A stretch of DNA of 64,000 nucleotides, from the NCBI GenBank assembly GCA_017484065.1, contig JAFUTX010000017.1, positions 430 to 64,429 on the forward strand, read 5' to 3'. Made by a program: the position numbers and the translations under genes. This DNA comes from Bacilli bacterium. Lineage in GTDB: Bacteria > Bacillota_I > Bacilli_A > RF39 > UBA660. The stretch's first letter is position 1; each line of letters starts with the position of its first letter. The notes under the pieces are model-generated. The model was not told the DNA's origin, searched no databases, and worked only from the letters and a program-made list of their open reading frames with translations. Positions 47,420-58,072 of the stretch are shown one piece after another.

Positions 47420-49175
47420 TTTCTAACTCCTCCTCTGTTATTTGTGACAAAGCAATTTGCTTATATACTTCACATTTTTTTAACAATTCTTTATGAGTGC
47501 CGATACCAACACACTCGCCATTATCTAAAACTACTATTCTATCAGCATGCATAATCGTACCTATTCTTTGAGCAACTATTAAACATGTAGCATCTTTAGT
47601 ATATTTCTTTAATTCTTTTCTTAAATTAAAGTCAGTTTTATAGTCTAAGGCTGAGAAAGAATCATCAAATATATAAATTTCGGGATGCTTAGCTATAGCC
47701 CTGGCAATAGATAATCTTTGTTTTTGGCCACCACTTAAATTGGTACCAGATTGAGCTACATGATTATCATACTTTTTATCTAGTTTAAGAACAAAATCAT
47801 TAGCTTGAGCCACTTTAATTGCTTCTTCTATTTTCTCATTAGTTACTTTTTCTATTCCTTCACCATAAGCTACATTAGATTTAATAGTACCATTAAAAAT
47901 TACTGCTTTTTGGGATACATAACCTATTTTTTTATTTAAACAACTTAGTTTATAATCTTTAACATTAATTCCATCAACTAATACTTCACCATCAGTAACT
48001 TCATAAAAACGTGGAACCAAATTAATTAAAGTTGATTTACCACTACCAGTTGATCCAATAAATGCAATTGTTTCCCCTTTACTAGCTTTAAACGAAATAT
48101 TTTTAAGTAAATATTCATCAGCATCTGGATACTTAAATGAAACATTTTTAAACTCTACTTCACCTTTAATATCAGTATCACTATTATAAGTACCATCTTT
48201 AATAGTTATTTTAGCTTCAATTACTTCATTAATACGACTAGCACTTACACTAGCTCTAGGTAACATCATAAAGATCATTGCAAGCATTAAAAATGACATA
48301 ATTACTTGCATTGCATATGATGAGAATACAACCATATCACCAAATAGACTAATTTTATCAGCAAGCATAGCATCTTTAATTAAATAAACTCCAATTAAAT
48401 AGATAGATAATGTTAAGAAATACATTGTTAAATACATTACTGGAGAAAGTATAGCAAATATTTTTTGGTTAAAAATATGTTGATATGTTAAAGAACTATT
48501 AGCATCTTCAAACTTATCGGTTTGATATTTTTCAGCATTAAAAGCTCTAATAACTCTAATACCTGTTAAGTTTTCACGAGTAACTCCATTTAATTTATCA
48601 TTTAGTTTTTGAATTAATTTAAAGCGAGGTATTACTACTTTTATAACAATGGCAATTAAAACTAATAAAATTAAGACCGCAATAGAAGTTGCTACACTCC
48701 ATTGCCAACTTTTGCCTAATATTTTAGTAATTGCCCAAATAGCTGTAATTGGAGCTTTAATAAGCAATTGCATTCCCATTGAAATAAACATTTGAACTTG
48801 AGTTATATCATTAGTAGTACGTGTTATTAAACTACTAGTTGAGAATTGTTTAACCTCTGATAATGCTAACTTTTCTACTTTATCAAATAATTTTTTTCTA
48901 ACTTTCATTGAAAAAGTCGCAGATATATTACTAGAAATATACCCTACTAGAAAAGCTAAGGCAAGGGAGGTAAAAGCACATAACATCATATATCCACCAT
49001 TGGTTAGTATATCTTTCATCTTGCTACCTTTAGTTTGAACTAAAACTGTAATTTCTGACATATAATCTGGTATTTTTAAATCTAACCATACTTGTCCAAA
49101 AATTAAAGTAAAACATATTAGAATTAAAAACCAATCTTTTTTAGTAAAATTTTTTATTAATTTAATCATCAACAT
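47412..49175 (-). CDS. ABC exporter permease/ATPase subunit (degenerate site)
   Basis: Motifs GSTGSGKS and LSGGQKQR. Walker B is IYIFDDSFSALD, with Asp replacing the catalytic Glu, as in heterodimeric exporters. It overlaps the partner gene by 8 nt. Confidence 0.85.
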   Translation of the reverse strand: MLMIKLIKNFTKKDWFLILICFTLIFGQVWLDLKIPDYMSEITVLVQTKGSKMKDILTNGGYMMLCAFTSLALAFLVGYISSNISATFSMKVRKKLFDKVEKLALSEVKQFSTSSLITRTTNDITQVQMFISMGMQLLIKAPITAIWAITKILGKSWQWSVATSIAVLILLVLIAIVIKVVIPRFKLIQKLNDKLNGVTRENLTGIRVIRAFNAEKYQTDKFEDANSSLTYQHIFNQKIFAILSPVMYLTMYFLTLSIYLIGVYLIKDAMLADKISLFGDMVVFSSYAMQVIMSFLMLAMIFMMLPRASVSASRINEVIEAKITIKDGTYNSDTDIKGEVEFKNVSFKYPDADEYLLKNISFKASKGETIAFIGSTGSGKSTLINLVPRFYEVTDGEVLVDGINVKDYKLSCLNKKIGYVSQKAVIFNGTIKSNVAYGEGIEKVTNEKIEEAIKVAQANDFVLKLDKKYDNHVAQSGTNLSGGQKQRLSIARAIAKHPEIYIFDDSFSALDYKTDFNLRKELKKYTKDATCLIVAQRIGTIMHADRIVVLDNGECVGIGTHKELLKKCEVYKQIALSQITEEELENA

Positions 49176-49267
49176 AATTCCTTTCTTAATATTCTATTTA
49201 TATATGAATAGAACATTATTAATTATAAATGGATATTTATAAAATGACAATCATTTTAATTAGAAAA

Positions 49268-49294
49268 TAAAAAAAGAATACTTGTAAAGTATTC
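49268..49294 (-). terminator. Intrinsic terminator after 49305..49730
   Basis: The minus strand reads GAATACTT-tac-AAGTATTC followed by T7. Confidence 0.7.
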
Positions 49295-49304
49295 AAATTA
49301 ATAA

Positions 49305-49730
49305 TTATAAATATTTTTTTAAAGCTTCTACACTTTCTTCTTGCATAGTTACATATTTTGAAACAATATCTTCAACTTCTTTATTAATTTCTTTTTTATT
49401 CAAAATTCTTCTACCCTCAATAACCCCCATATTAACTCCTTGTAATAACAATTCTGCTAATTTAGAATCTGATTCATCAGTTAATGTTTTCATTTCAATA
49501 TGCATACTAGTCATAGCTTTGGTCATTACTCCAGTTTCATGAGGATTACCATCATTATACTTAGGATATATTTCTTCAATTATCTTTTCGATATCTTGAT
49601 AATTATCATATTCCCTTTCAACTTCCGCTTTAAAGTTTTTATCATTAATTTTGTCTAAGATACAATCAATTGCATCTGTACCCATGCAAGCTCCTTTATG
49701 TATTTCATCTAATGCATTAATATTTTCCAT
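49305..49730 (-). CDS. Small helical protein, possibly a DUF2383/ferritin-like four-helix bundle
   Basis: Pattern-level resemblance only. Confidence 0.35.
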   Translation of the reverse strand: MENINALDEIHKGACMGTDAIDCILDKINDKNFKAEVEREYDNYQDIEKIIEEIYPKYNDGNPHETGVMTKAMTSMHIEMKTLTDESDSKLAELLLQGVNMGVIEGRRILNKKEINKEVEDIVSKYVTMQEESVEALKKYL

Positions 49731-49781
49731 ATTCGTTCCTCCTAATAATTAGGATAGGCCAAAAATATTATTTTATACTAA

Positions 49782-51230
49782 CTATTTATGAAAACCTATT
49801 TGCTTAGTAGCAGGTTTATGAAATAAGCTACTGGTTAAACTATTATTTATATCTTCACTGTGGATTGTTGTTAAATACTCAGTATCAGTTATTTGCTCAG
49901 TATTAAATGCATGTTCTAATATAATATTATCAATTAAATTATCAATAAATCTACCATTCCCAAAGTGTTCTTCTTTCATAGCATCTTCTAATATACTAAT
50001 CACTTTATCTTTGACATCATTTTCTATTTTTAATTTCATATTCTTTACTTTACTTTCAAATATACTATATAATTCATCTAAAGAATAATCTTTATAATTC
50101 AATTTTACCCCTATTCGAGATTCAAGCCCTGGATTCATCTCTATAAATTGTTCCATTTCATTTTTATATCCTGCAAAAATAAATACTGTCTCATTTTTTT
50201 CTAATTCTTTTAATATTTCCACAATAGCCTCATCACCAAATTTTTGGGCTTTTCCAGACAATATATAAGCTTCATCAATAAATATTACTCCACCCTTATT
50301 AGCATCAATAAAATCTTTAGTTTTTACAGCAGTTTGACCAACATATTCTGCTATTAATTCACGAGGTGTTGCTTCAGCAAAAGTATTATTCTTAACATAA
50401 CCCATTTTATATAATAACTTACCTATTATTCTAGCTACTGTAGTTTTACCAGTTCCAGGGTTACCATTAAATACCATATGTAAGTTAGGTGCCTTTAAGT
50501 TTAATAAATCTTTAGTTTTATTTCTAAATATCAAATTTTTTCTTAATTTCTCAACACGATTTTTAATATTATCTAAGCCAATTAAACTATTTAATTCGCC
50601 CAATATTTCTTCAACAGTCTTTGTATCGTTCATTATTTTAACAGCATGTTTAAATCTTTCTCTTTGATATTGATTTGCACTACTTGTTTCAAGTATTCTT
50701 TCTTTTAAAAAGGATGTTTGGTTATCTTCAATTAATTTAACTATATCTTTTAAATCTTTTACACTTAAAGATAATCTTTCTTCTTCATCACTATCATAAG
50801 ATAAATAACATGAACGTAAAAATTCTTCTTTATCAAAATATTCATGTAATGCTACTTCGTTTGTAGTAAATACTTTAATACCATCTTCTTCTTTATCATA
50901 ATATGTAAATACTAGACTATTTTTAATTGAAGAAAAATAGATATCAGCTAGCTCATCATCATCTAAATCATATCCATATTCTTCTAATAAAGATTCTTTA
51001 TCGGTAGAATAAAAATAGCAAATATCTTCATCACTAAGTATATAGTATGGATTTTCTAAATATTTAACTCTTTTTTCTTCGTTATTATCATCTGTATATT
51101 GAATCTCATAAAAATAATCTTCATAATCCATAATAGCGTTTTTCGCCATACCGATACATTTAAAGGCATAAGAATTATCAGTTATTTTTATTTTCTTATA
51201 AATTAGAGCATAATATAATTCTTCACTCAT
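49782..51230 (-). CDS. AAA+ ATPase of the CbbX/SpoVK type with an unknown ~200-aa N-terminal domain
   Basis: Motifs LIGLDNIKNRVEKL, NGNPGTGKTTVARIIG and GGVIFIDEAY. Confidence 0.75.
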   Translation of the reverse strand: MSEELYYALIYKKIKITDNSYAFKCIGMAKNAIMDYEDYFYEIQYTDDNNEEKRVKYLENPYYILSDEDICYFYSTDKESLLEEYGYDLDDDELADIYFSSIKNSLVFTYYDKEEDGIKVFTTNEVALHEYFDKEEFLRSCYLSYDSDEEERLSLSVKDLKDIVKLIEDNQTSFLKERILETSSANQYQRERFKHAVKIMNDTKTVEEILGELNSLIGLDNIKNRVEKLRKNLIFRNKTKDLLNLKAPNLHMVFNGNPGTGKTTVARIIGKLLYKMGYVKNNTFAEATPRELIAEYVGQTAVKTKDFIDANKGGVIFIDEAYILSGKAQKFGDEAIVEILKELEKNETVFIFAGYKNEMEQFIEMNPGLESRIGVKLNYKDYSLDELYSIFESKVKNMKLKIENDVKDKVISILEDAMKEEHFGNGRFIDNLIDNIILEHAFNTEQITDTEYLTTIHSEDINNSLTSSLFHKPATKQIGFHK

Positions 51231-51305
51231 AGATACCCTCCTTAAATATAAAATTTATACTATCATAAATAAAAATTTAAAACAAGAAAAAAGCAGTAAT
51301 AATTA

Positions 51306-53411
51306 TTACCACTTTATAATAAATTCACCATTCTCTACATCAATTACTATTTTAGAATTATATTTAATCTTGTCTTCTATAATATAATTAGCAAGCAATG
51401 TTTCTATATTTCGAGTTATATATCTTTTAATTGGTCTAGCACCGTAATTAGAGTCATATGCTTCTTCTAAGATAAAATCTTTGCAACCTTTAGTAAGTTT
51501 AATACTAATTTGTAAATCACTTAAACGAGATTCAGTTTCATGAATTATCTTATCAATAATATCATATACAACTGATTTATCTAATTTATTAAAGACAATA
51601 ACCTCATCAATACGATTAATAAACTCTGGTCTAAAATGGTGTTTTAATTCATTTAATACTAATTCAGTAGAATTATTTTCATTATCTAAAATATATTCAC
51701 TACCTAAATTACTTGTCATAATAATAATAGTATTTTTAAAATCAACTGTTCTACCTTGTGAATCAGTTATTCGACCATCATCTAATATTTGTAATAAAAT
51801 ATTAAATACATCAGGATGAGCTTTCTCTATTTCATCAAACAAAACAATACTATAAGGATTACGTCTTACTGCTTCAGTAAGTTGTCCACCTTCATCATAT
51901 CCTACATATCCTGGAGGAGCTCCGACTAAACGAGAGACATTAAACGCTTCCATATATTCACTACAATCAATTCTTACCATATGTCTTTCATCATCAAATA
52001 ATTCATAAGCTAAACTTTTAGCTATTTCTGTTTTACCTACACCAGTTGGTCCTAAGAATATAAATGAACCAATAGGACGATTAGGATCTTTAATACCACT
52101 ACGAGCTCTAATTATTGCTTCACTTACTAACTTAATTGCATTATCTTGCCCTTTAACACGTTTCTTTAAGTTATTTTCTAGGTTAAGTAGTTTTTCTTTT
52201 TCGCCACTTACTAGTTTTTTAATTGGAATATTAGTCCATTTAGCAATAATACCAGCTATAGATTCTTCATCTACTACATCACTTAATATTTTAGAATCAA
52301 CTTTATTATTTAATTCATTTAATTCTTTTTCTAATTTTGGAATAGTACCATGACGTAACACTGCTGCTTTTTCTAAATCATAGTTGTTTTCAGCTTTATC
52401 TAAATCAAAGCGTGCCTTTTCAATTTCTTCTTTCTTATTATTGATTTTTTCATTAAGATTTTTCTCATCTTCCCAAGTATCGCGCATAGCTTTTTCTTTT
52501 TGTTTTAAATCTTCTATTTCACTTTCAATCTTTTCACGACGTTTAATACTTAATTCATCTTTTTCTTTTTTTAGTGCTTGGCGTTCTATTTCTAAACGCA
52601 TAATATCACGAGTTAAAGTATCAAGTTCAACTGGAACACTATCAAGTTGCATCTTAATGGTAGCACAAGCTTCATCAACTAAATCTATAGCTTTATCTGG
52701 TAAGTATCGATCAGTAATGTATCTATCAGCTAGGGTTGCTGCTGCTACTAAGGCATTATCTTTAATATTAACTTTATGGAATACCTCAAATCTTTGTTTT
52801 AATCCACGTAAAATAGTTATTGTATCAATAACACTTGGTTCACTAACCTTAACTTTTTGCAACCTTCGCTCTAACGCACCATCTTTTTCAATGAATTTTC
52901 GATATTCATTTAATGTAGTAGCACCAATCAAACGGATTTCACCACGTGCAAGCATCGGTTTTAACATATTACCAACATCCATAGTACCTTCTGCTCCGCT
53001 ACCGACAATCATATGGATTTCATCAATAAACATAATAATGTCACCATTACTATTTTCTATTTCTTTTAAGACTGCTTTTAATCTTTCCTCAAATTCACCA
53101 CGATATTTAGCACCTGCTACTAACGCACCTAAATCTAATTCCCAGACAGTTTTGTTTTTAAGGCTATTAGGAACATCACCTTTAATGATACGCCACGCAA
53201 GTCCTTCAACTATAGCTGTTTTACCTACACAAGGTTCACCAATTAATACCGGATTATTCTTTGTCTTACGTGATAATATTCTAATTACATTACGGATTTC
53301 TTCATCTCTACCAATAACTGGATCAACTTTGTTATCTGTAACATTTTTTGTAATATCACGTCCATATTTTTCTAAAACATTTTCTTCCTCTTGATTATTT
53401 GGATACATCAT
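51306..53411 (-). CDS. clpB: ClpB disaggregase lacking the N-terminal domain
   Basis: Two AAA+ modules are present ([14 protein letters not shown] and [18 protein letters not shown]) with a long coiled-coil middle domain. The protein starts near the position of NBD1. Cys replaces the usual Gly in GEPGVGKT. Confidence 0.85.
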   Translation of the reverse strand: MMYPNNQEEENVLEKYGRDITKNVTDNKVDPVIGRDEEIRNVIRILSRKTKNNPVLIGEPCVGKTAIVEGLAWRIIKGDVPNSLKNKTVWELDLGALVAGAKYRGEFEERLKAVLKEIENSNGDIIMFIDEIHMIVGSGAEGTMDVGNMLKPMLARGEIRLIGATTLNEYRKFIEKDGALERRLQKVKVSEPSVIDTITILRGLKQRFEVFHKVNIKDNALVAAATLADRYITDRYLPDKAIDLVDEACATIKMQLDSVPVELDTLTRDIMRLEIERQALKKEKDELSIKRREKIESEIEDLKQKEKAMRDTWEDEKNLNEKINNKKEEIEKARFDLDKAENNYDLEKAAVLRHGTIPKLEKELNELNNKVDSKILSDVVDEESIAGIIAKWTNIPIKKLVSGEKEKLLNLENNLKKRVKGQDNAIKLVSEAIIRARSGIKDPNRPIGSFIFLGPTGVGKTEIAKSLAYELFDDERHMVRIDCSEYMEAFNVSRLVGAPPGYVGYDEGGQLTEAVRRNPYSIVLFDEIEKAHPDVFNILLQILDDGRITDSQGRTVDFKNTIIIMTSNLGSEYILDNENNSTELVLNELKHHFRPEFINRIDEVIVFNKLDKSVVYDIIDKIIHETESRLSDLQISIKLTKGCKDFILEEAYDSNYGARPIKRYITRNIETLLANYIIEDKIKYNSKIVIDVENGEFIIKW

Positions 53412-53432
53412 AATCCCCTCACTTTCATGACG

Positions 53433-53474
53433 ATTATAACTCTATAATTAGCAATTGTCAATACCGAGTGCTAA
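53433..53474 (-). promoter_or_regulatory. clpB promoter overlapping a CIRCE-like HrcA operator
   Basis: The minus strand reads TTAGCACTC-GGTATTGAC-AATTGCTAA (53474..53448). The left arm matches CIRCE TTAGCACTC-N9-GAGTGCTAA at 9/9 and the right arm at 7/9. TTGACA (53461..53456), a 17-nt spacer and TATAAT (53438..53433) are embedded in it. Confidence 0.65.
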
Positions 53475-53515
53475 TATTATATCAAAAAAGATAACACTAT
53501 ATATTTGTAGTGTTA

Positions 53516-54772
53516 TTAGTTTGCTATCCAGTTGGCTGTATAAGTTCTATTACCTGTGCTACCTTTTGGTATTGTTACTGTAGTTTGATTATTAATGTAT
53601 GGTTCATAATCTGTTACTTCAGTACCTTCTTCTATTTGTAAATATTTCAAATAAACTTTTGAATTGACGTAAGTCCCTCTGCCATAAGAAAAATAAATTT
53701 TAATTATGTCTTTATTTATATCTGAAATATCAATTTGTTTAATATCATTACTACCACTTATACGAATAAGACTAGATGTGCCATCATAATAATATTGATT
53801 AATATCAAACTGTTGATATGTACCATATTCTTCTTGATAATCGGTATGGCCAAGCGCTGAAATGGCATATTTTGAATTCGCACGAATACTCAAATTAGGT
53901 ATTCCATTTTCAAAAGTCATAACATGTGCATAATATGGGTGAAATATGTAATAATCATTTTCTTTTTTTGCTCCATCAATAGCCATAAGTATCGTTTCTT
54001 CATCAAACAAATTCTTACCACCACTCCATCCTGCAAAGGTATATCCTTCCCTAGTTGGAGTATTCAATGTAAAATCAATATCATTTTCATCATATTCTGT
54101 TCTGTTTATTTTTGAGATTGTTCCTCCATCTAAATCATATGTTATATGCCATTTAGTTGGATTAGTATTTTCTGGTGCTTCTGTATTTACTATTTCTATC
54201 TTACTTTCAAATACTTTGTTATTAATATCTTCATATGGTGTATCTTCATCTATCCATAAATATAGGTTATATTCTTTGGTAGTGTTTCCATCTATTTTTT
54301 CTATCTCTAATTTCTTAGCAGTATTATATCTATCTATATTTATTTCACTACTATCTGATAATTCACTTATAGTAGATGGCCATACTATATAATCATTATC
54401 ACTTATCAATGATAATCTTAAATTGTTTGTAGATAGTGTATTACTACTTTTCATATCTAACTGAATACTTACATACTCATCACTATTACAATTATTAGTT
54501 ATTTTAAAGGTATATGGTACTTGTTCTAAAGCTTCACTATCACTTAATTGATATGCATTAACTAAGTTAATTGGTTTATTATCATTAACTACTAAATCTA
54601 AACAACTAATATTTACTTGATTAAAACCTTCTTGTTGTTCTGTAGCACTCCATAAAGCGTAACTATAACTACTTACTACTATTACAAGTATAGCTACTAT
54701 TATTGAGCTTATTATTATCTTTTTCTTTTTATTATTCTTCTTTAAATAAAGATTTTTACCCCTGACTATCAT
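53516..54772 (-). CDS. Membrane-anchored surface protein: paralog-shared N-domain, a Listeria-Bacteroides-type repeat, and a C-terminal beta-rich domain
   Basis: The TM anchor is IIISSIIVAILVIVVSSYSYALW. The WIDEDTP motif is shared with the 1..1527 product. HITYDLDGG..REGYTFAGW is the List-Bact repeat signature. It has its own SD (AGGTGAG). Confidence 0.75.
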   Translation of the reverse strand: MIVRGKNLYLKKNNKKKKIIISSIIVAILVIVVSSYSYALWSATEQQEGFNQVNISCLDLVVNDNKPINLVNAYQLSDSEALEQVPYTFKITNNCNSDEYVSIQLDMKSSNTLSTNNLRLSLISDNDYIVWPSTISELSDSSEINIDRYNTAKKLEIEKIDGNTTKEYNLYLWIDEDTPYEDINNKVFESKIEIVNTEAPENTNPTKWHITYDLDGGTISKINRTEYDENDIDFTLNTPTREGYTFAGWSGGKNLFDEETILMAIDGAKKENDYYIFHPYYAHVMTFENGIPNLSIRANSKYAISALGHTDYQEEYGTYQQFDINQYYYDGTSSLIRISGSNDIKQIDISDINKDIIKIYFSYGRGTYVNSKVYLKYLQIEEGTEVTDYEPYINNQTTVTIPKGSTGNRTYTANWIAN

Positions 54773-54817
54773 AGGTTCTCACCTACTAAAGTTTTAGAAA
54801 GGCTTGTTAATTTTTTA

Positions 54818-54853
54818 TTACAAAGCCCCCCCCCGATTTTGATTTTTAGCCAT
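54818..54853 (-). promoter_or_regulatory. 11-codon leader uORF (MAKNQNRGGAL) containing the G9 tract
   Basis: GAAAGGTGTTGTTGAAT then ATG (54853..54851), then CGG GGG GGG GCT TTG TAA. The layout is homologous to the first codons of the 1..1527 gene. Confidence 0.45.
54826..54834 (-). repeat. Homopolymeric G9 tract (C9 on the + strand) in the leader of the surface-protein gene
   Basis: Read directly. This is one of only two G/C runs longer than 5 that I saw in the window. Confidence 0.9.
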
Positions 54854-54969
54854 ATTCAACAACACCTTTCAAAGTCGGTATAAATTTACCAGACTCTATA
54901 TTCTTATAAAACAATTCTATCATATTTAATAATATATTTCTATCACTTTTTAATCTTTTTTATTTTTTT

Positions 54970-55959
54970 CTAATTTAACTCTTTCATATCAATATTCATT
55001 ATTTCTAAATAATCTTTTTCTGCTTTTGTTAAATGGTTTTTCATATATTTATCATATTCTTCGTGTGCTTTGATTAATGCTTGTTCATGTGAAATACTAC
55101 CTTTAGACTTTAAAATATCATTGTGAGTCATAGTTAAGAAACTATCTAATTCCTTTATCCAATCTTCCATAGTCATCACCTTTCGTTTTAAGGCATTAAT
55201 TTCAGCAAGGTCAAGGTAAGCTGATACTAATCTATTTAATATTTCTAATTCCTCTAATGATAAATAATTTTTAGCGATTTCAGTCTCTGACCTAGTAGGA
55301 GTATCTCCCTTAAAATTTGTTAAACCTATATTATTCTTATTGCAATCTACTCTATTATATACAATTTCAGCAGCAGTTTTTTTTGAAACAGCGTAATGCA
55401 TTTTGTTTTGAACAGTTTTAAAGAAATCAATAGTAATTTTTTCTTTCGGGTTATAATCAATACTAGTAGCATAAATATCCAACACTTTTCTCCAAAAAAC
55501 TTTTTCACTAGATCGTATATCTCTTATTTTTTCTAGTAACTCATCAAAATAAGGATCATAACCATTATTTTTAAACCTTTCAACATTTAAATTATATCCT
55601 TTTACCAAATATTCTTTCAATATTTTATTTGCCCATATTCTAAATTGTGTACCACGATTAGATTTAACTCTAAACCCAATCGCTATAATCATATCAAGGT
55701 TGTAATAATTGACATTATAATTTTTACCGTCATTCGCAGTTGTTCGGAAATTCCGAACAACTGAATTTTCAATTAATTCCCCTTCTTCAAAGATATTCTT
55801 AATATGTTCATTAATTGTTGATTTTGCTTTATTAAATAAATTACCTATTTGAGATTGAGTTAACCAGATATTTTCATCTTGTAATAAAACCTCGACTTTT
55901 ACATTACTATTATCTTCATAAATCAAAAAATTGTTATCTTCTTTAATATTATTTTTCAT
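54970..55959 (-). CDS. RhuM-family protein
   Basis: WLTQSQIGNLFNKAKSTINEHIKNIFEEGEL and GFRVKSNRGTQFRIWA are typical of RhuM. The likely start is ATG at 55959, after AAAGGAG. Confidence 0.75.
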   Translation of the reverse strand: MKNNIKEDNNFLIYEDNSNVKVEVLLQDENIWLTQSQIGNLFNKAKSTINEHIKNIFEEGELIENSVVRNFRTTANDGKNYNVNYYNLDMIIAIGFRVKSNRGTQFRIWANKILKEYLVKGYNLNVERFKNNGYDPYFDELLEKIRDIRSSEKVFWRKVLDIYATSIDYNPKEKITIDFFKTVQNKMHYAVSKKTAAEIVYNRVDCNKNNIGLTNFKGDTPTRSETEIAKNYLSLEELEILNRLVSAYLDLAEINALKRKVMTMEDWIKELDSFLTMTHNDILKSKGSISHEQALIKAHEEYDKYMKNHLTKAEKDYLEIMNIDMKELN

Positions 55960-56062
55960 ATCGTTGCTCCTTTGTATCTCTTGTATATACAAATAATATC
56001 ATAAAGAACAAATGTACGTCAACAATAATTTATTATTATAAGCAAAAATATTCATATAATAA

Positions 56063-56536
56063 TTATAAAAATTGTTTAATAACAATGTATTCTTTTACTA
56101 AATCATCTAAAGAATACTTAGCGTTAGCACTCGAAGGACTTGGTAAACATATTGCTTCAATATTTGTTTCTTTAAATAAATACTTATTATATAATTCATA
56201 AGCTTTTTTACCAGTAACAAATATTTTAGTAATATTACTATTTTTTAAGATATAATTAACGTCATTTACTTCAACATTTTTAATACTAGCATCATTAGAA
56301 CCATCTATATCACAAGATTTTATAACATCCCATAAAGCTATATAATTATTTAATAAAAAATTAATTTTATCATTTATACTTGTATTAAATAATCTTTCTA
56401 ATACAGGCCAAAACCTATTTTGTGGATTTGCATAGTAAAAATTTAATTGTCGAGATTTAACACTAGGCATACTACCTAATATTAATATTTTGCTATTACT
56501 ATCATATATTGGATTTAATGTGTGTATTACTTTCAT
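56063..56536 (-). CDS. DNA-deoxyinosine (hypoxanthine) glycosylase, UDG superfamily
   Basis: Motif ILILGSMPSVKSRQLNFYYANPQNRFWPVL and a C-terminal PSPSSAN motif. Confidence 0.7.
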   Translation of the reverse strand: MKVIHTLNPIYDSNSKILILGSMPSVKSRQLNFYYANPQNRFWPVLERLFNTSINDKINFLLNNYIALWDVIKSCDIDGSNDASIKNVEVNDVNYILKNSNITKIFVTGKKAYELYNKYLFKETNIEAICLPSPSSANAKYSLDDLVKEYIVIKQFL

Positions 56537-56610
56537 AAATGAATCTCCTTATAATATTGTACTACAAAAAATGCCAAAGTTTATCTAAACTTTGACAACT
56601 TATTAATCTA

Positions 56611-57150
56611 TTAATAATTATTAGCTTTTCTTTCGAAATAACTTTGTGGATGATTACATACTGGACAAACTGTTGGAGCTTTTTTACCAATATGAATATG
56701 ACCACAATTACGACAAATCCAAATAGTATCACCATCATTTGAGAATACTACCTCATCATTAATATTAGCAAGTAATTTACGATATCTTTCTTCATGTTCT
56801 TTTTCTATTTTGCCTACTTCTTCAAATAGATATGCTATATGATCAAATCCTTCTTCTTTGGCAACACGTGCAAATTCAGCATACATATCTGTCCATTCAT
56901 AGTTTTCACCTTCAGCTGCTGCAAGTAAATTATCAGTGGTTGTAGGTATATTACCACCATTTAATAATTTAAACCATATTTTAGCATGTTCTTTTTCATT
57001 ATTGGCAGTTTCTTCAAATATTGCAGCTATTTGTTCATAGCCATCTTTCTTAGCTTTACTAGCAAAATAAGTATATTTATTTCTAGCTTGACTTTCACCA
57101 GCAAATGCTGCCATTAAGTTTTGTTCTGTTTTGCTTCCTTTAAGTTCCAT
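56611..57150 (-). CDS. rbr: Rubrerythrin
   Basis: A ferritin-like di-iron domain ([13 protein letters not shown] twice) plus a C-terminal rubredoxin (CRNCGH..CPVCNH). Confidence 0.9.
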   Translation of the reverse strand: MELKGSKTEQNLMAAFAGESQARNKYTYFASKAKKDGYEQIAAIFEETANNEKEHAKIWFKLLNGGNIPTTTDNLLAAAEGENYEWTDMYAEFARVAKEEGFDHIAYLFEEVGKIEKEHEERYRKLLANINDEVVFSNDGDTIWICRNCGHIHIGKKAPTVCPVCNHPQSYFERKANNY

Positions 57151-57172
57151 TGTTTTTCTCCTTTATTTTTTA

Positions 57173-58072
57173 CTATTTTGTTTTCTTATCATCATCTGAT
57201 AACATTTCTTTTAGAGTTGTACCTATTGTTGCTACACCTTGTAAATCTGCAGGTATAAATATTTTAGTAGCTTGTCCATCAGCCATATTATTTAATGTTT
57301 CATAGCTCTTTAATGCAAGTACTGCCTTATCAGCTTTAGCATCTTTAAGTAATTTAATACCATCAGCTTCTGCTTGTTTAAGTTTTAATAATGCTTCTGC
57401 TTCACCTTCAGCTATTTTAATTTGACTTTGTTTTTGAGCTTCAGCTCTTAAAATAGCACTCTCTTTTTCACCTTCAGCAATAAGGATTGAAGATTTCTTT
57501 TCTCCTTCTGCTTGTAGGATTTTTTCTCTTCTTTCACGTTCAGCACGCATTTGTTTTTCCATTGCATCTTGAATATCTCTTGGAGGTAAGATATTTTTTA
57601 CTTCTACACGGTTAACTTTAATTCCCCATGGGTCAGTAGCTTCATCAAGAATTGAACGCATTTTAGAATTGATAATATCACGACTTGTTAATGTTTGGTC
57701 TAATTCAAGTTCTCCGATAATATTACGTAGAGTTGTAGCAGTTAAGTTTTCAATAGCACTTATTGGATATTCAACTCCATAAGTATATAATTTAGCATCT
57801 GTTATTTGAAAATAAACTACTGTATCAATTTGCATTGTAACATTATCACTTGTAATAACTGGTTGAGGTGCAAAATCTTTAACAATTTCTTTTAATGATA
57901 CTTTATTTGATATTCTATCAATAAAAGGTACTAAGAAATGTAAACCATTACCCCAAGTTGCATAATATGATCCTAATCTTTCTACCACATAACTTTTAGC
58001 TTGTGGAACTACTTTAATATTTGGAATTACTATAATAGCAATTATAACTAATAACGCAATTAATATTTCCAT
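57173..58072 (-). CDS. SPFH/band-7 (stomatin-like) protein
   Basis: An N-terminal TM, an SPFH core and an A/E/K-rich coiled tail. It is paired with NfeD. Confidence 0.85.
   Translation of the reverse strand: MEILIALLVIIAIIVIPNIKVVPQAKSYVVERLGSYYATWGNGLHFLVPFIDRISNKVSLKEIVKDFAPQPVITSDNVTMQIDTVVYFQITDAKLYTYGVEYPISAIENLTATTLRNIIGELELDQTLTSRDIINSKMRSILDEATDPWGIKVNRVEVKNILPPRDIQDAMEKQMRAERERREKILQAEGEKKSSILIAEGEKESAILRAEAQKQSQIKIAEGEAEALLKLKQAEADGIKLLKDAKADKAVLALKSYETLNNMADGQATKIFIPADLQGVATIGTTLKEMLSDDDKKTK

Noticed and set aside
52384-53394. 336-aa + strand ORF in the track
   Set aside because: It lies entirely antisense to clpB. The product is S/F/L/I-rich low complexity with no motifs, which is typical of a shadow ORF of an AT-rich gene.
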